A stretch of 64,000 bases of DNA from Octopus sinensis (lineage: Eukaryota), in contig NC_043005.1 of NCBI RefSeq assembly GCF_006345805.1, positions 50,592,001 to 50,656,000 on the forward strand, written 5' to 3'. A program made the translations under genes and the position numbers. Every line of letters begins with the position of its first letter. Position 1 is the first letter of the stretch. Below are positions 37,299-52,959 of the stretch, piece by piece. The notes beneath the pieces are model-generated. The model saw only the letters and a list, made by a program, of their open reading frames with translations. It made no database searches and was not told the DNA's origin.

Positions 37299-37997
37299 GT
37301 GTGTGCGTGTGTGTGTATGTGTGTGTGTATGTATCACATTTATAGAATATAATCGTTCGCCTCAGAAATCACAATGTGAGAATTCACTTTTGAATGTAGA
37401 AATACACAGTATACAAGAATTATACTTTCATAATAAAATTCAAATTGGGTTAGTTCCTGAAAGGCTTTTCGGAGAAATATGTGTACGACTGTGTGAATGT
37501 ACGTACGTATGTATGTATGTATGTATGTATGTATGTATGTATGTATGTATGTATGTATGTATGTATGTATGTATGTATGTATGTATGTGTGTGTATGTAT
37601 GTATGTATATATATATATATATATATACATATATATACACACACATATACATACTTTCATACACTCACATATACGACGGGATTCTTTTACTTTCCCTCTA
37701 CCAAATCCACTCACAAAGCTTTGGTCGGCTCGAGGCTATAGTGGAAAACACTTGCCTTAGATGTCATTTGTGACTGAACCCGAAACCATATGGTTGGGAA
37801 GCAAACTTCTAACCACACATCCACGCCTGAGCCTACATGTGTGTTTGTGTATGTGTGCGTGTGTGTGGTGCGTGCGTGTGTTTGTGAGTGTGTGTGTATA
37901 CGTATATACCTATGTCTATATATATATATATATATATACACACGCATATATATATGTATAAGAATATGTATATATTTGTCTATGCATATATATGTAC

Positions 37998-38028
<31 letters not shown>

Positions 38029-38658
38029 AGAGACAGCGACAGACACAGACAGACAGACAGGGACAGAGAGAGAGAGGCAGACAGACAGGCAGACAGACAG
38101 ACAGACAGATAGACAGACAGACAGACAGAGTATGTACATTCGCCTTAGAATCTTGACGATAATACACTGTCAGCAATGAAAGAATCTAAGGACTGTCCTC
38201 CGTCAGAAAAAAACGAATTTTAATAACAAAGTGCTTAGATAAAAGTAATTAAGAAGAATATGACGGTAAGACGTATATGAAAAAGAAGCAGGGTTATTAG
38301 ACTATAAAAAAACAAACAAACAATAAAGAAATCAATAATTTAATATATAATAGAGACAGTTATTTGAAAGAACAGGTATTAAAGCTTGATGAAAGAAGGG
38401 GGACAACCTTTACGGAAGTACGTAAAAGACGGAGATAAAACGTTCCGGTTATATTTTGTTCATGGTTCTACCCTTCTTTTATCTCGTATTTTCTACTCGT
38501 TTCATGTCAGTGGACGTTAAATCTGTAGAACATTGAAAAGTCTTATTTTATAATTTTATAGGAGTTCCAATAGATAGAGTTTCTTTAGCACAATTTTAGA
38601 ATCCATTCCGAAATCTTTGAACATAAGCATTAGGCTCTGTTCAGACGGCAATGAGAAG

Positions 38659-39027
38659 CTGTGGTCAAAGCTCGACTGGAGAAGGTTGCTGCCGGAAGAC
38701 CATGTGTGGCAGCAGCATTCGGTTCTTTACCATACCTCCAGAAAGAATCAAAAGTGGTTGTCGGAGAATTTCTTCGACTTCTCACCAGCACCAATTTCTG
38801 GCTTCCCAATTCCCGCGATTGAAATCCCATGGATTACTACGTGTAGGGCACGGTTGAAAAAGACACCAACAGCTCTGGCTGAAACACGGAGACTGAGCTG
38901 GTGGTCATGATTAGGGAGGTGTTTGAAGATATTCCCAGGGACACAGTGAGGAAAGGAATGCATGTGTCAGGTTCCATAGCCATCTTTAGATCGTGGTGGA
39001 AGCTAAGATAAGTTTTACTTTGAGTAA
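38659..39027 (+). pseudogene. Tc1/mariner-superfamily (maT/DD37D-like) transposase C-terminal fragment
   Basis: Across frameshifts: VVKARLEKVAAGRP..VWQQ.S..HTSRKNQKWLSENFFDF..NFWLPNSRD*NPMDYYV*GTVEKDTN..IREVFEDIPRDTVRK..YFE*. The WPxNSPDxNPxDY pattern is typical of DD37D rather than DD34E. Confidence 0.85.
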
Positions 39028-39234
39028 ACTGTTATTTCCCAGTTATAATTTAATTCAGTGATTACAACCTTTGCGAACCACCAGGCTGGGAACCACTGAT
39101 CGAGTTGATATCTTTTTGATGTTTCTTTTAAAAATACTTCTATTTTTGATAGGATGTTGTGTTTTCCTTTTAAGCAAACTGCTAAATTTAGCCCACGAAC
39201 ACCTTGTATAATCCTTTAATCTTTATCACAATCA

Positions 39235-39457
39235 TACGAGGGTGTTCTGCAAGTTCCTAGCTTCGGATAAAAGAAAATACAGGAGAGTCAGTTAATAATG
39301 ATTTTATTCAATATATTCCCCTCTCAGATTCACACACTTATTGCAGCAGTCCTTCAATTTTTCTAAGCACAGTAAAACAACTCGAAAGGTTGGACCTCCA
39401 ACCAGGTCTTTCGCGATACTCATGAAGTCAGGAACTTTTCAGCCTCCACCCTTCGTA
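39235..39457. mobile_element. Mariner-derived MITE, about 220 bp
   Basis: TIRs TAcgagggtgttctgcaagttcct / aggaacttttcagcctccacccttcgTA. It retains the transposase end CNKCVNLRGEYIE* on the minus strand. Confidence 0.88.
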
Positions 39458-39619
39458 TATGTATAGTAGTATATTTATGCTTAAATCCTCGTTTCGTGAT
39501 AGCTGACGTTCTTAGACTCTAATATTTAAATAAATTTATTAAAAGTTTTGGCTTTGAATGTGTTAATGATGTCACTTTTATAATTTATACACACACACAT
39601 ACACACGCACACACAAATA

Positions 39620-39678
<59 letters not shown>

Positions 39679-40369
39679 CTTCTGTGGTTTTGTTATGTAG
39701 TTGTTTATTGAATATATATATTACTATATGTGTACCTGCGTGTTGACTTTTATACATCTAAGCATATGTGTGAGTGTGTGCGAGTGTTTGTGTCAATTTG
39801 TGTTTGTGACTTTGTTTGTGTGTGTGTGTATGTGTGTGTATGTATCTTTTCGTGTATGTTTTATCAATTCCTTTATTTCTATGTTATTTTATGGAAAACT
39901 CTATACTTTTATGTCTAGCTTTTTTGCAATTGAAATTACTGATTTCTTTGTCATTTGTTTACTTCATTATTCTATTTACTCCACCACTAATTCCTTGTAC
40001 GTTGTCGTTACAGCATTTCCTTATTAGCTTCCATCACTGAAACCATATACCTACAGCCACCCCCCATACATATATACATATGCGTGCGTGTGTGTGTGTA
40101 TGTGTGTGTGTACAGATATATCCATATATCCATATATACATTACATCCTTAACACATACATTCCCAAATGTAGACAAGTATATTTGCATTCGCACATATA
40201 TAAAGCCATTTACACACATATATATGTATATGTATATGTATGTGTGTGTGTGTGTTTGTGCGTGTGTGTCCATGAGTGTGTCTAAGTATACGTATATGAT
40301 ACTTATATATATATATTTATGTATATATATATATTTATTTATTTATTTATGCATGTATGTATATATATA

Positions 40370-40417
<48 letters not shown>

Positions 40418-40870
40418 TCACACACTCATACATATGTACTTATTTACATCCATATACTTGCAAAGATATACATGTATAGTCATTTATATACATACATTAA
40501 CACTAATAGAATCAACTCAGTCATAAAACAGCAGAAAAAAAGTGTTGTAGATAATCTACTCTGTTTAATATGAATGTAGCTATCAACATAGCCAAGAATG
40601 CTTTAGCCCAATTAAGAGAATTTTCACCCTTGCACACAAATACAAAACACTTCTACAAGAACCAGAATAACATCAGCCATCGTTATCCATCACATCCAGC
40701 CAACTCCCATTTCAACAACCGGAACATGGTAGAAATCTGTTCTGCCCGCATGATATTTCGTGCGTCTCTACAACGGTAAGGAGAAGTGCAATAACATCCT
40801 CTTGTTGTGTTGAGAGGAACTATATGGGACTCATCGCATCCACTATTGTGTTAATATATTTGGAAACTCA

Positions 40871-41085
40871 AAGGCGGCGAGCTGGCAGAATCGTAAGCAC
40901 GCCGGGCAAAATGCTTAGCGGCGTTTTGTCCGTTTTTACGTTCTAAGTACAAATTCTGCCGAGGTCGACTTTGCTTTTCATCATTTCGGAGTCAATAAAA
41001 CAAGTACCTGTCGATTACTGGGGGTTGATCTAATCGACTTTCGCCCTCTCTTGGAATTGCTGGCCTTGTACCAAAATTTGAAGCC
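40871..41085 (+). mobile_element. SINE family A monomer with perfect 18-bp TSD
   Basis: TSD aatatatttggaaactca at 40853-40870 and 41086-41103. Confidence 0.95.
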
Positions 41086-41558
41086 AATATATTTGGAAAC
41101 TCAGGAGCAGCAAACCGTAAATTGTCTCAGTATCGTAATACATGTTTATAGAGCCATTCCCTATTGCAACGGAGTATGAAACTGCAGGCTATTTATTTCG
41201 GCTATTCCGTTATTGGCAGTTGGAAGACAATTCAGATCTCATGTAAAAGAAAACAGTGGCTGTTGGCCTATGTAAATTAAAAATACTTGAGATATTACTA
41301 GTAAAAGATTTTCAGTTAGCCAGTAGACAATCCTTTTTATTTGAGGATATAGCTGGGAGTTGCAAAATGTACAATTACTTTTCTGAGTGAATAGTGAGGA
41401 ACTTTCTGAAAAATATCTCAGGTTATACTAGGATGTGTGATTCCCTGATTATGGAGTTCCCATATAAATCTAGACAACAAAGTGGAGTTTTCCTTGTTCC
41501 TGCACCTATAGAGAGATAAACGCGAGGTAATTCTTCCCTTTAACTCCACATATCTATC

Positions 41559-41788
41559 TGTTTCTTTATTACCCACAAGGGGCTAAACTTATTGGGGACA
41601 AACAAGGACAGACAAACAGATTAAGTCGATTACATCGACCCCAGTGCGGAACTGGTACTTAATTTATCGACCCCGAAAAGATGAAAGGCATAGTCGACCT
41701 CGGCGGAACTTGAACTCAGAACGTAACGGCAGACGAAATACAGCTACGCATTTCGCCCGGCGTGCTAACGGTTCTGCCAGCTCCCCGC
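41559..41788 (-). mobile_element. SINE family A copy with 21-bp TSD
   Basis: TSD ctttaactccac(a/t)tatctatc at 41538-41558 and 41789-41809. Confidence 0.95.
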
Positions 41789-42647
41789 CTTTAACTCCAC
41801 TTATCTATCATTCAATAAGTGCAGCCTTAACCAGAATTTACAACCTATGAAAGTCGCTTTACTGAAAAGCAGCATCGGAACGATCAGGTAATGTTTGCCT
41901 CATTTGCATAAAAGTTTAGTAATGCGATTGTAAGTCAATTTGTTAATATAAATGAAAATAAACTCAACGAGACCTATCGAATGATCTATACTTGCTTTTT
42001 CACAAAGTATATGTATATGTGTGTGTGTGTATATGTATATATACATATTTGTGCATATGTGTGTAATTACACACACACACATACTGAGAGAGAGAGAGAG
42101 AGAGTGTGTGTGTGTGGGGAGAGAGTGAGTGAATTGATACAAGAATTAAACCAGTTGTCAATAACATTCGTACTTAGCTGAACGTTGGATATTTGGATTG
42201 AACTGTGTCAGTTTACTGGTAAATCACTGTCGTTGATTCCGTCTGTAGAACCTTTTTAATCACAGCTAGATTCGAAAATGTGAAAAGAAATTCTTTTCTT
42301 CCACAAGAAACAGTGCCAAAGTGTGGTGTTAATTCTTTCGACCAAATATGAAAATTAGCCAATGAAACTATGTTTCCTGCATGTATTATTTGTGTTTTCC
42401 TTCTTCTTACGTTGACCTAAAAATTTATAGTCGTATAAGGAAAATAGAAATTGCGATCAACTTTATTAGCATAGTCGTGTGATTCATAAGTTCGCTTCAC
42501 ATCTACGTAGACCCGAGTTCAATTCCACTGAATGGTACTTTGGAAAGGTACTTCTGCTGTAGTCCCGAGTTGATCAATATCAAGTGTACAACCGTACATG
42601 TGCGTTTATGCAAGTTTGTGCAAGCGATTGTGTGTGTATGCGCACGC

Positions 42648-42690
<43 letters not shown>

Positions 42691-42710
42691 CGTGAAATAA
42701 TTAGATTATA

Positions 42711-43921
42711 TACAAGTGTCGGCTGAAAGGTTCTTACGCTGACCAAGATACTCTTATGGAAGGTGACCAAACGAGGTTTATTTTTCAACAGAATCTTCCT
42801 TACGGTTCACACACGGTGTTGCCATGCTTGGATCTAATTGGTGAACTAGCTTTCATCCTGTAGATAAAAAAATGTCATCAACAGTAGATATGATGTTATC
42901 ACCATTGCGATACTAGTTCCCAGCCAAGTGTTTTTCGTGTTGAGGAACTGATGGTAGTCAGATGGAGCCAAATGAGGTGAACAGGTGTAGTGGTCAACCA
43001 CTTTAAAGCCACGGTCACGCATAGCAGCCATTGAAACGAAGGAGTTGTGTGCTGCAGCCTTGTCCTGACGAAACAAGACCACTTCCGTTAGTTTTCCTGG
43101 GCGTTTGGTCTTAATAGCCTTTCGTAACTGCTTCTACAAGATGGCATAGTATTCTCCATTGACAATGTGGCCCTTTTGAAGTTAGAGATGTCTCTTGCAT
43201 CCCCCAAAACGGAGGCCTTTTCTGCAGGCGAAACTACGTTGGCCTTTTTTGGAGTTGATGAGGAGTGGTTGCTTCCACTGCATGGACTGTCTCATATTCT
43301 CCGGCTCAAAGTGATGAATCCAACACCCAATACCCAATAACCAGCTGAATCTGCCTCAAATAATGTCAGATCGCGTATTAGAAGATGTAGTACCCACCGA
43401 GCAGAAACCTTCGTCATGCCAAGTTCACTGTGCAAAATATTCTCAATTCTCTCACGGGGTATACTAATAGCATTGGTTATTTGATGTATAATCAATCGCC
43501 TGTCATTCATTGTCATGTGGTGAACATGATCAATGTTTTCCTTGGTGGTGGCAATTGCAGGACGTCCAAACCTTGGGTAATTTTTACATACACCCTATCT
43601 TTAAGTCACTCCCTTTTACTGTTGATAAAGCTGAAGCATCATCCCCTAATGTAGCAACCACGTCAGCACGAATGTCTTTATGGGCCAAACCCCTTTTCTT
43701 CAGGTACTTGATGATACCGCGATACCAAATTTTGTCCATTTTCAAGAGAATTTGCTACTAGTTATTTTTTAAGTCTTCTTTGAACAGTCAGATATGAGTT
43801 TACCTGGAAAGAGACAATGCAGTGGGTAATAAGAAAGGCTGAAACTAATGCATACAAGTTTTTACAGCTCAGGTATCACTCCTTCATAATCAGCCATTGA
43901 ACTTTTCAGCCCACCTACTTA
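42711..43921 (-). mobile_element. Full-length decayed mariner element (about 1.2 kb, 32-bp imperfect TIRs)
   Basis: TIRs tacaagtgtcggctgaaaggttcttacgctga (42711-42742) and tcagccattgaacttttcagcccacctactta (43890-43921) bracket a transposase pseudogene. Confidence 0.93.
42778..43739 (-). pseudogene. Mariner (DD34D-type) transposase pseudogene
   Basis: MDKIWYRGIIKYLKKKGL..LGDDASALSTV; NDRRLIIHQI..LHSELGMTKVSARWV; QDKAAAH; CSPHLAPSDYH (YSPDLAPSDY); CVNRKEDSVEK*. Multiple frameshifts. Confidence 0.93.
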
Positions 43922-44632
43922 TTATGCGCTTAATTGTATTTTGTTTTAGGCATGACTTCCCGAACTGCGATACAAACAATGTTGGGAAATGCTGCCATAC
44001 ATCATTAGAAGGAGTCCGATTGGCTGAAGACCACAAAAGTGGAGTGTCAAATAGTGTTTGTTGGGCATCTACGTCGTCTTTGTAGAGCGTTTATTTTGGA
44101 CGGAATGAGAAATATAAATGAAAAAGTATTTTACCTTGTTTTGTTGTCAGATAACGTTTTTTTTTCCCTGTTGGATAATCATGAAATGTTGATCAATTAT
44201 ATTTGAATGACTTACCTGAAATAGAAACAAAATAACAAACATGAGTATTACAATATTTACTATTTGTCGGAAAATATATATGAATTAAATCGACGAGTAG
44301 TATAAGATGTGAATTTGGAGAAACGTGCAGCTATAACAAAAAGCTCCATTTACGTATTGTTATCAATTACAAAGATGTGTAATGTAGAGCTTCCGTATAA
44401 CTGAAGCTCCAGAAAATCCGCGAGATAAAATAATTGCATGAGATGAATATATAGAGCATAAGGTCTGGATATGAGAGGAGACTATATATTTATTTAACAG
44501 CGTAACTTCCATAAGGTTACGGCCATTTCGCAACCTTCTTCTAGTATTCATTTCAATGTGTGTGTGTGTTTGTGTGTGTGTGTTTCTGTGTGTGTGTGTG
44601 TTTGTGTGTTTGTGTGTGTGTGTGTGTGTGTT

Positions 44633-44690
<58 letters not shown>

Positions 44691-44764
44691 ACAGAACATA
44701 CGTAAACAGGTAGTCAATAAGTATCCAGTCAGTTTATAACATATATACTTATATAACATGCTAA

Positions 44765-44968
44765 AGAGATTGCACGTAAAAAAGCACCTATGTCAGTTGC
44801 ACAGATAAAGTAGTGGTGTTGGTACCACGTAAAATGCACCCAGTACATTCTGTAATGTGATTGGCTTTAGGAAGAGAATCCAACCGTAGAAGCCAGATCA
44901 AAACCGACGACTGGAGCCACCGCCTGTTGGCCTGTCCAACCCATAGTAGAACGGAAAACGAACGTTAA

Positions 44969-45002
<34 letters not shown>

Positions 45003-45020
45003 GGAGGAGGAGGAGGAGGA
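44765..45020 (+). mobile_element. 3' part of a Ceph-domain-like (RTE-related) SINE with (GAT)n tail
   Basis: ccacgtaaaatgcacccagtac..gattggctttaggaagagaatccaaccgtagaa..gaaaacgaacgttaaatgatgatgat. The family name is from recollection. Confidence 0.65.
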
Positions 45021-45312
45021 TTGTATGGATCAGGAAGAGACCAGAATGTAAAAAGTAAAATGTTCGTAATGCTTCATATATAGATGTATGTATGTATGTA
45101 TATATATAAATGTAAGATCCAAGGATCGAGGTGTAGGAAGAAAGTTAGCTTCAAGCAATCCGTAGTAAATATTAAAATCAACTTTCAGGAACAATAGTGG
45201 TTTAATGAGGCGGAATATTGTGGATTTTTCGTATCGGAGTACGATAAACTAAAAAATCAAATTTTTATATTTCATGGTAGGTAATCAAATTTGCCGGATA
45301 TGCGAATACAGG

Positions 45313-45535
45313 TACAAGAGCGAAGAAATCGAGTCGATAAGATCCGGCTACATATGCATCAAAGCGAGCAGACCCTCGGAAGTGGTAAGTCGAGGTGTAT
45401 AGTACAGTCTACACTTAGCCTGACGAAGTAGCCTGCAGTATGCACCTCGCTTGGATATTTACCACTTCCGAGGTCCCGCTCGCTATGAAGCATATGTGGC
45501 CCAGATCATATCTACTCCATTTTATAACTCTTGTA
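45313..45535. mobile_element. Full-length foldback MITE with TA termini (Tc1/mariner-type)
   Basis: tacaagag...ctcttgta ends. Arms pair along most of their length (gatccggctacatatgc/gcatatgtggcccagatc; ctcggaagtggtaa/ttaccacttccgag; cgaggtg/cacctcg), with a 15-nt spacer. Confidence 0.85.
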
Positions 45536-45540
45536 TATAC

Positions 45541-45624
<84 letters not shown>

Positions 45625-45779
45625 ATATATGTAGTATGTATGTATGTATGTATCGAAGCAAACGAGCATAGTTGCAGCGGTGATTCATCAAGACGTTAGA
45701 GACGTTTCACTTTCTTGAAGTGGATGATGGACAATAACGCGTACCGATTTGTCGCATATCTGAACGAAATTCGTGTTGT

Positions 45780-48200
<2,421 letters not shown>

Positions 48201-48721
48201 CGCGCAGTCACACCTTTGATACATCGTTAACAACGGGATAAAGAAAGCAGTTTCGCTGATGTCTCTAATGTAGGTATTGAGTTGATGATTCATTGTTATA
48301 AATCGCAATAACAACAAGAACAACAGTTATTTGCAAGAGCAACAGTAGCAACTCTAAGGTATCCGCTACGACAATGCCGACGGCGACAACGACGACAATG
48401 ACGACGACGACGACGACTATGAATGTTATGTCGATGATGATACTGATGAGGAGGCGGATGATACTGAGGATGGTGATCCTTCGTCGCATTGCAGAAGGTT
48501 ACAAATCTGTTGCTGAGAAGGTATGAATGATTAAAATTGAAGAGGTACTTTCTGGGTATCTAATTTTATCAACACTCATAATGTCAGGTTATAGCTGCTA
48601 TTGACGCCGTGCCACCTGTTTCATGGTGGGGTGGTTGACCATTATAACCGTTTTCACTGATACACACACTTAGTATACCGAGAAGAGTCTGTGATTAACA
48701 AGTAGGCTTAAAACGAAAAAC

Positions 48722-48891
48722 CTGCTGGAGTGGCAGTGTGGCACGAAGTACGTTTCCCAACCGTATGCTTCCAGGTTCAGTCCCGCTGCGTGGCACCTTA
48801 GGCAAGGGAATTCTAATATAGCCTTATGTTGACCTAAGCCTTGTGAGTGGATTTGAATGACGGAAACTGAAAGAACCCATTTATATATATT

Positions 48892-48926
<35 letters not shown>

Positions 48927-49160
48927 TTGTGCGTGTGTGTATGAGTGTGTGTGTGTGTGCACGTGTGTGTGTGGCTTTGTGTCTGTGTTTGTCTTACACT
49001 TCCACTGCTCGATAACCTGTGTTGTGTATATCCCCTGTAACCTAGCGTTTTGGCAAAAGAGACCGATATAATAAGTACTAGGTTCGATTCGTTCGACTAA
49101 AAATTCTTCAAAACGGTGCACCAGCATGGTCGCATGACTCAAATAAGTAAAAGATAAAAA
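48722..49160 (+). mobile_element. SINE family B, near full length
   Basis: ggagtggcagtgtggc..ccaggttcagtcccgctgcgtggcaccttaggcaag..gccttgtgagtggatttg..(TG)n..caccagcatggtcgc. Confidence 0.9.
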
Positions 49161-49429
49161 TGCGGAAGCGCATCTCATGGAAATGTCAACGGAAAGTTTG
49201 TAGACCTAAATAGTTTTATTATCCAATAAAATACACATGGCTATATATGTGTGACTCCTTAGGGTACATATTTAGATGAATTTCAGTGAATCCCACCAAA
49301 ACCCATACATATAGAAGAAAAACAAACTTGGAACAAACTGTATCGAAAAAGTGAACGCACTTGAAGCTCCAAACTTAACACAGTAGTTCATATAGTTTGG
49401 CGTTCAGCTGGTTTATCACATGAAAAATA

Positions 49430-49625
49430 ACAAGTTACGGTGTTATCCGGCTGTGTCCAGCTGTGACCGATTAGTCCGGTGCGTGCTCAGAAGGCCCTGC
49501 CGCAAGTCGGGCACTAGTGGTTTTGCTGGGATTGATGGCCAGGAGTTCCCGCTGAACCTGTGCAGTTCGCGTTTTTTTTTTGAGTTTCTCGGGCGTCGGA
49601 GTTGATCTGAAAGCTCTTCAGTGAA
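49430..49625 (-). mobile_element. RTE-clade LINE 3' end with C-terminal zinc-finger-like motif
   Basis: The minus strand reads KRELHR..CPTCGRAF*ARTGLIGHSWTQ, matching the RTE C-terminal CP.C.R.F..RIGL.SH..TH. Confidence 0.8.
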
Positions 49626-51443
49626 TCTTTGATTGAGCGCTTTTTATATATGTGTCTATATATATTTTTTATGCATGAAGACAGCATTTCCCTCTCCACC
49701 CTAACCTTCTTCTCCAAGTACTACAAAAGAAAAAAAAAAACGAAGATATAATCTTGGACGAAGTGGAAGATGTCTTCAGTTTTTTAACCATTCTGACCAT
49801 GTAATTTCTTTTCGACATAACCACAAGACAGACGAGAACTGTTTATTCTCTTCAAAAAGACTCGGCTGGCAACGTATCCATGCCTGCATAATTAATCACG
49901 AGCCGGCAGCTCTACTCGGTAGACCGTGGAAATTGTCTATGTTCCTGCTAAAGATCTTGGAAAAAGAAATCAAGTATTCTACACCATCAGCAGTAACACG
50001 AACACACCTTAGAATAACTGCATGTTATAGATGGGGCGAGGTGCGGGAAACTTTATGTATTCGATAGATTTTTTTGAAATAGCAAACAAATCTCTTTCTA
50101 ATTTTACTGTATACTGCTGACGGACACAAAGGTTTTCAATACAACAGAAACAGCAGAAACAGGGCGGGATTGTTGCATATAGAGTGCCTTTGGCCAATAA
50201 GTTGATGTGATCAGAGTAGATTAAGGGTAAAAGGAAATGCCAGGTAATCCTGCTTGTCGGTAACGCTTTCACGTGATTAGAGAAAAAGAGGGAGAAAGAA
50301 AAGAGGGAGAGAGAAGAAGACGAAGGATAAAAAGAGGGAGAGAGAAGCGTCCATGACGTGAGGTAGAGGGAACATAATTGTATTGTTTTCATGTGATTAG
50401 TTGAAGGGAAAGAGAGGAGAAAGAAAAAGAGAGAGAGAGAAAAAAGGGTAAGGTGAAGAATGAGATAGAAAGAGGGAGAAAGAAAAAAAGGGAGAGAGAA
50501 GTGTCCATGACGAGAGGTAAGGGGAATGTAATATTTATTACGAGGTTAAAAAGTTAGTTGAAGGTAGAGGAGGAAAGTTAAAAATATAATTTTAGCAGAG
50601 GAGTGATGTTTATGAGAGTGAAGTTAAAGAAAGGCAGAGAGCAGAGAGAGAGAGAGAGAGAGCAGAGAGAGAGAGAGAGAGAGAGAAGAGAGAGAGAAGG
50701 AGAGAGAGAGAAGGAGAGAGAGAGAGGAGAGAGAGAGAGGAGGTGGTGGTGGTGGTGTGGTGATGGTGGTGGTGGTGGTGGTGGTGGTGGTGGTGGTGAT
50801 GGTGATTGGATAATGAAAATTGTATTTTTTTAAATTGATCTAAGTTTTTTTTTATCACCTATCACTTAACGCATGCGCATAAGTGCAATTCCGTTAAATA
50901 CTCACGCTTATTTACGTGGCAGATATATGCAATTTAACTAAACGTTGTATCATATGTACAGGATATTTGTTTTTTGTTTATAGGAATAATGGAAAAATAA
51001 GAGTGAATATTTTATGAGTGCTGTGTATTAAATCTATAAAATTGTGCATAGAATATATAAAGTGTATATATAAAGTGCATTAAGAAATCATCGTATTCCA
51101 ATTTTTTTCACTTTTTACTGAGTAGCAGATGAGCAACTATCTTTCCATACAGACACAACTCAGGCTACGCTTTCAGGTTTTTTGGATAAAGTTTTCAGCA
51201 ATAACCCAACAGGTTTACCATTAATTTCGTGAAATATTCACGAGTCCCGTTAGTATACATAATTGCTAGCATAACCCGTAGTCGTTTCACGTTTGATACA
51301 TTTTCTCTCTTTTTTTTTTATTTTGGTGATAAGGTTTATAAAGCTTCACAAAGTTGTTTTATTATGTTAAGTTTTTTTCTATAACGAGCTAAACGACAGT
51401 GGGGTTAAATACAACAACAACAACAACAACAACAACAATGATA

Positions 51444-52358
51444 ACCCTTTCTACTAAAGGCGCAAGGGTTGAAAATTTTTGGGAGAGGAGTAGTCGATTA
51501 CATCGACCCCGGAGTTTCACTGGTACTTAATTTATCGACCCCGAAAATATATAAATTAGGGACAATGCCAGCAATTTTGTGGACATGGGACTAGTTAAAA
51601 CTATCAACACCAGTATTTGACTTGTACTTTATTTTATCGGTCCAAGAGGTAGGAAGGTTAAGTTGGTATCCACAAGATTTGAACGTGAGTGCGAAAAGAG
51701 ACCGAATAAATACCTTAACGTATTTTCTCCGACGCTGTAACAATTTTGTCCGTTCGATATCCGAAACATTTTCAAGATAATTCTTTCAACTATAGACACA
51801 AGGACTGAAATTTTGTGGGAAGGTAATAGTCGATTATATGGACCCCTGTACTCAGCTGGTACTTATTTTATTGACCCCGAAACTACGAAAGACAAAGTCA
51901 ACCTCAGTGGAATTTGAATTCAGACCGTAAAAATGGAATAAATGCTTATTTCTTTACTACCCACAAGGAGATAAACACAGAGGGGACAAACAAGGACAGA
52001 CAAACGGATTAAGTCGATCACATCGACCCCAGTGCGTAACTGGTACTTATTTAATCAACCCCGAAAGGATGAAATGCAAAATCGACCTCGGCGGAATTTG
52101 AACTCAGAACGTACTAACGGGCGAAATACCTATTTCATTACTACTCACAATGGGCTAAACATAGAGGGGACAAACAAGGACAGACAAACGGATTAAGTCG
52201 ATAGTATCGACCCCAGTGCGTAACTGGTACTTAATTTATCGATCCTAAAAGGATGAAAGACAAAGTCGACCTCGGCGGAATTTGAACTCAGAACGTAGCG
52301 GCAGACGAACGCTAAGCATTTCGCCCGGCATGCTAACGATTCTGCCAGCTCGCCGCCT
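51444..52358 (-). mobile_element. Cluster of SINE family A copies including a 3-unit multimer (about 51800-52358)
   Basis: Repeated gtcgat..catcgaccccagtgcgtaactggtac..gaaaggatgaaag..gcggaatttgaactcagaacg; the head begins at 52358 on the minus strand. Confidence 0.9.
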
Positions 52359-52959
52359 TGACAATAAGAATTATTATCAATTCGAACGTTACTGACAGCT
52401 GAGTATGACTTGGTGGCAGTTTGTACCATGCCTTTGCTCCTGTTTTAGATGTTCATATAGTTGCACCTAGAAACAGAGATATCACCACCATCCCACTCTT
52501 TTCCCAGCCGGACCTCAAAGCCGTAGTGCTTAGAAGGAAAGCTGGTTGTACTCCATTACTTTGACTGGTAGTTTATTTTACTAAATCTGGAAGGGTGAAA
52601 AGCAAGTATACTTCGACAAGTTTTGAAGTCTGATCAAAACAAGTGAGTAAATGGCATAAGAAATTGTTATCCAACTCTCTAACGATTCTGCCAGCTCACC
52701 GAGTTAATAGCGTGCTAATCTGTCACGAAATGTTACTCTTTCGCGGGCTAATAGCCTCCTTTTGACCTCTATTTATATTCTTAACCGTTGTAGTCAGAAA
52801 CACGGGAGGGGTGTAAGTTAACAAGTGTTAGTGAGGTAGAGAGCGAAACAGTGATTAGTTAGTAGAGTCGATTGAATAGGGGAAAATGTTTTACAGCATT
52901 CAATCCAGCTCTTTGCGTTCGAAGTTCGAATTCCACTCAGGTCAACTTGTATTTTCTTT

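Noticed and set aside
40570-40779. 69-aa non-repetitive ORF with a donor-like ACG|GTAAGG
   Set aside because: No recognisable domain, a weak upstream acceptor, and a length within chance expectation.
45405-45440. CTGACGA in the loop of the 45.3-kb foldback
   Set aside because: No GAAA follows a stem II; the word lies in a MITE spacer.
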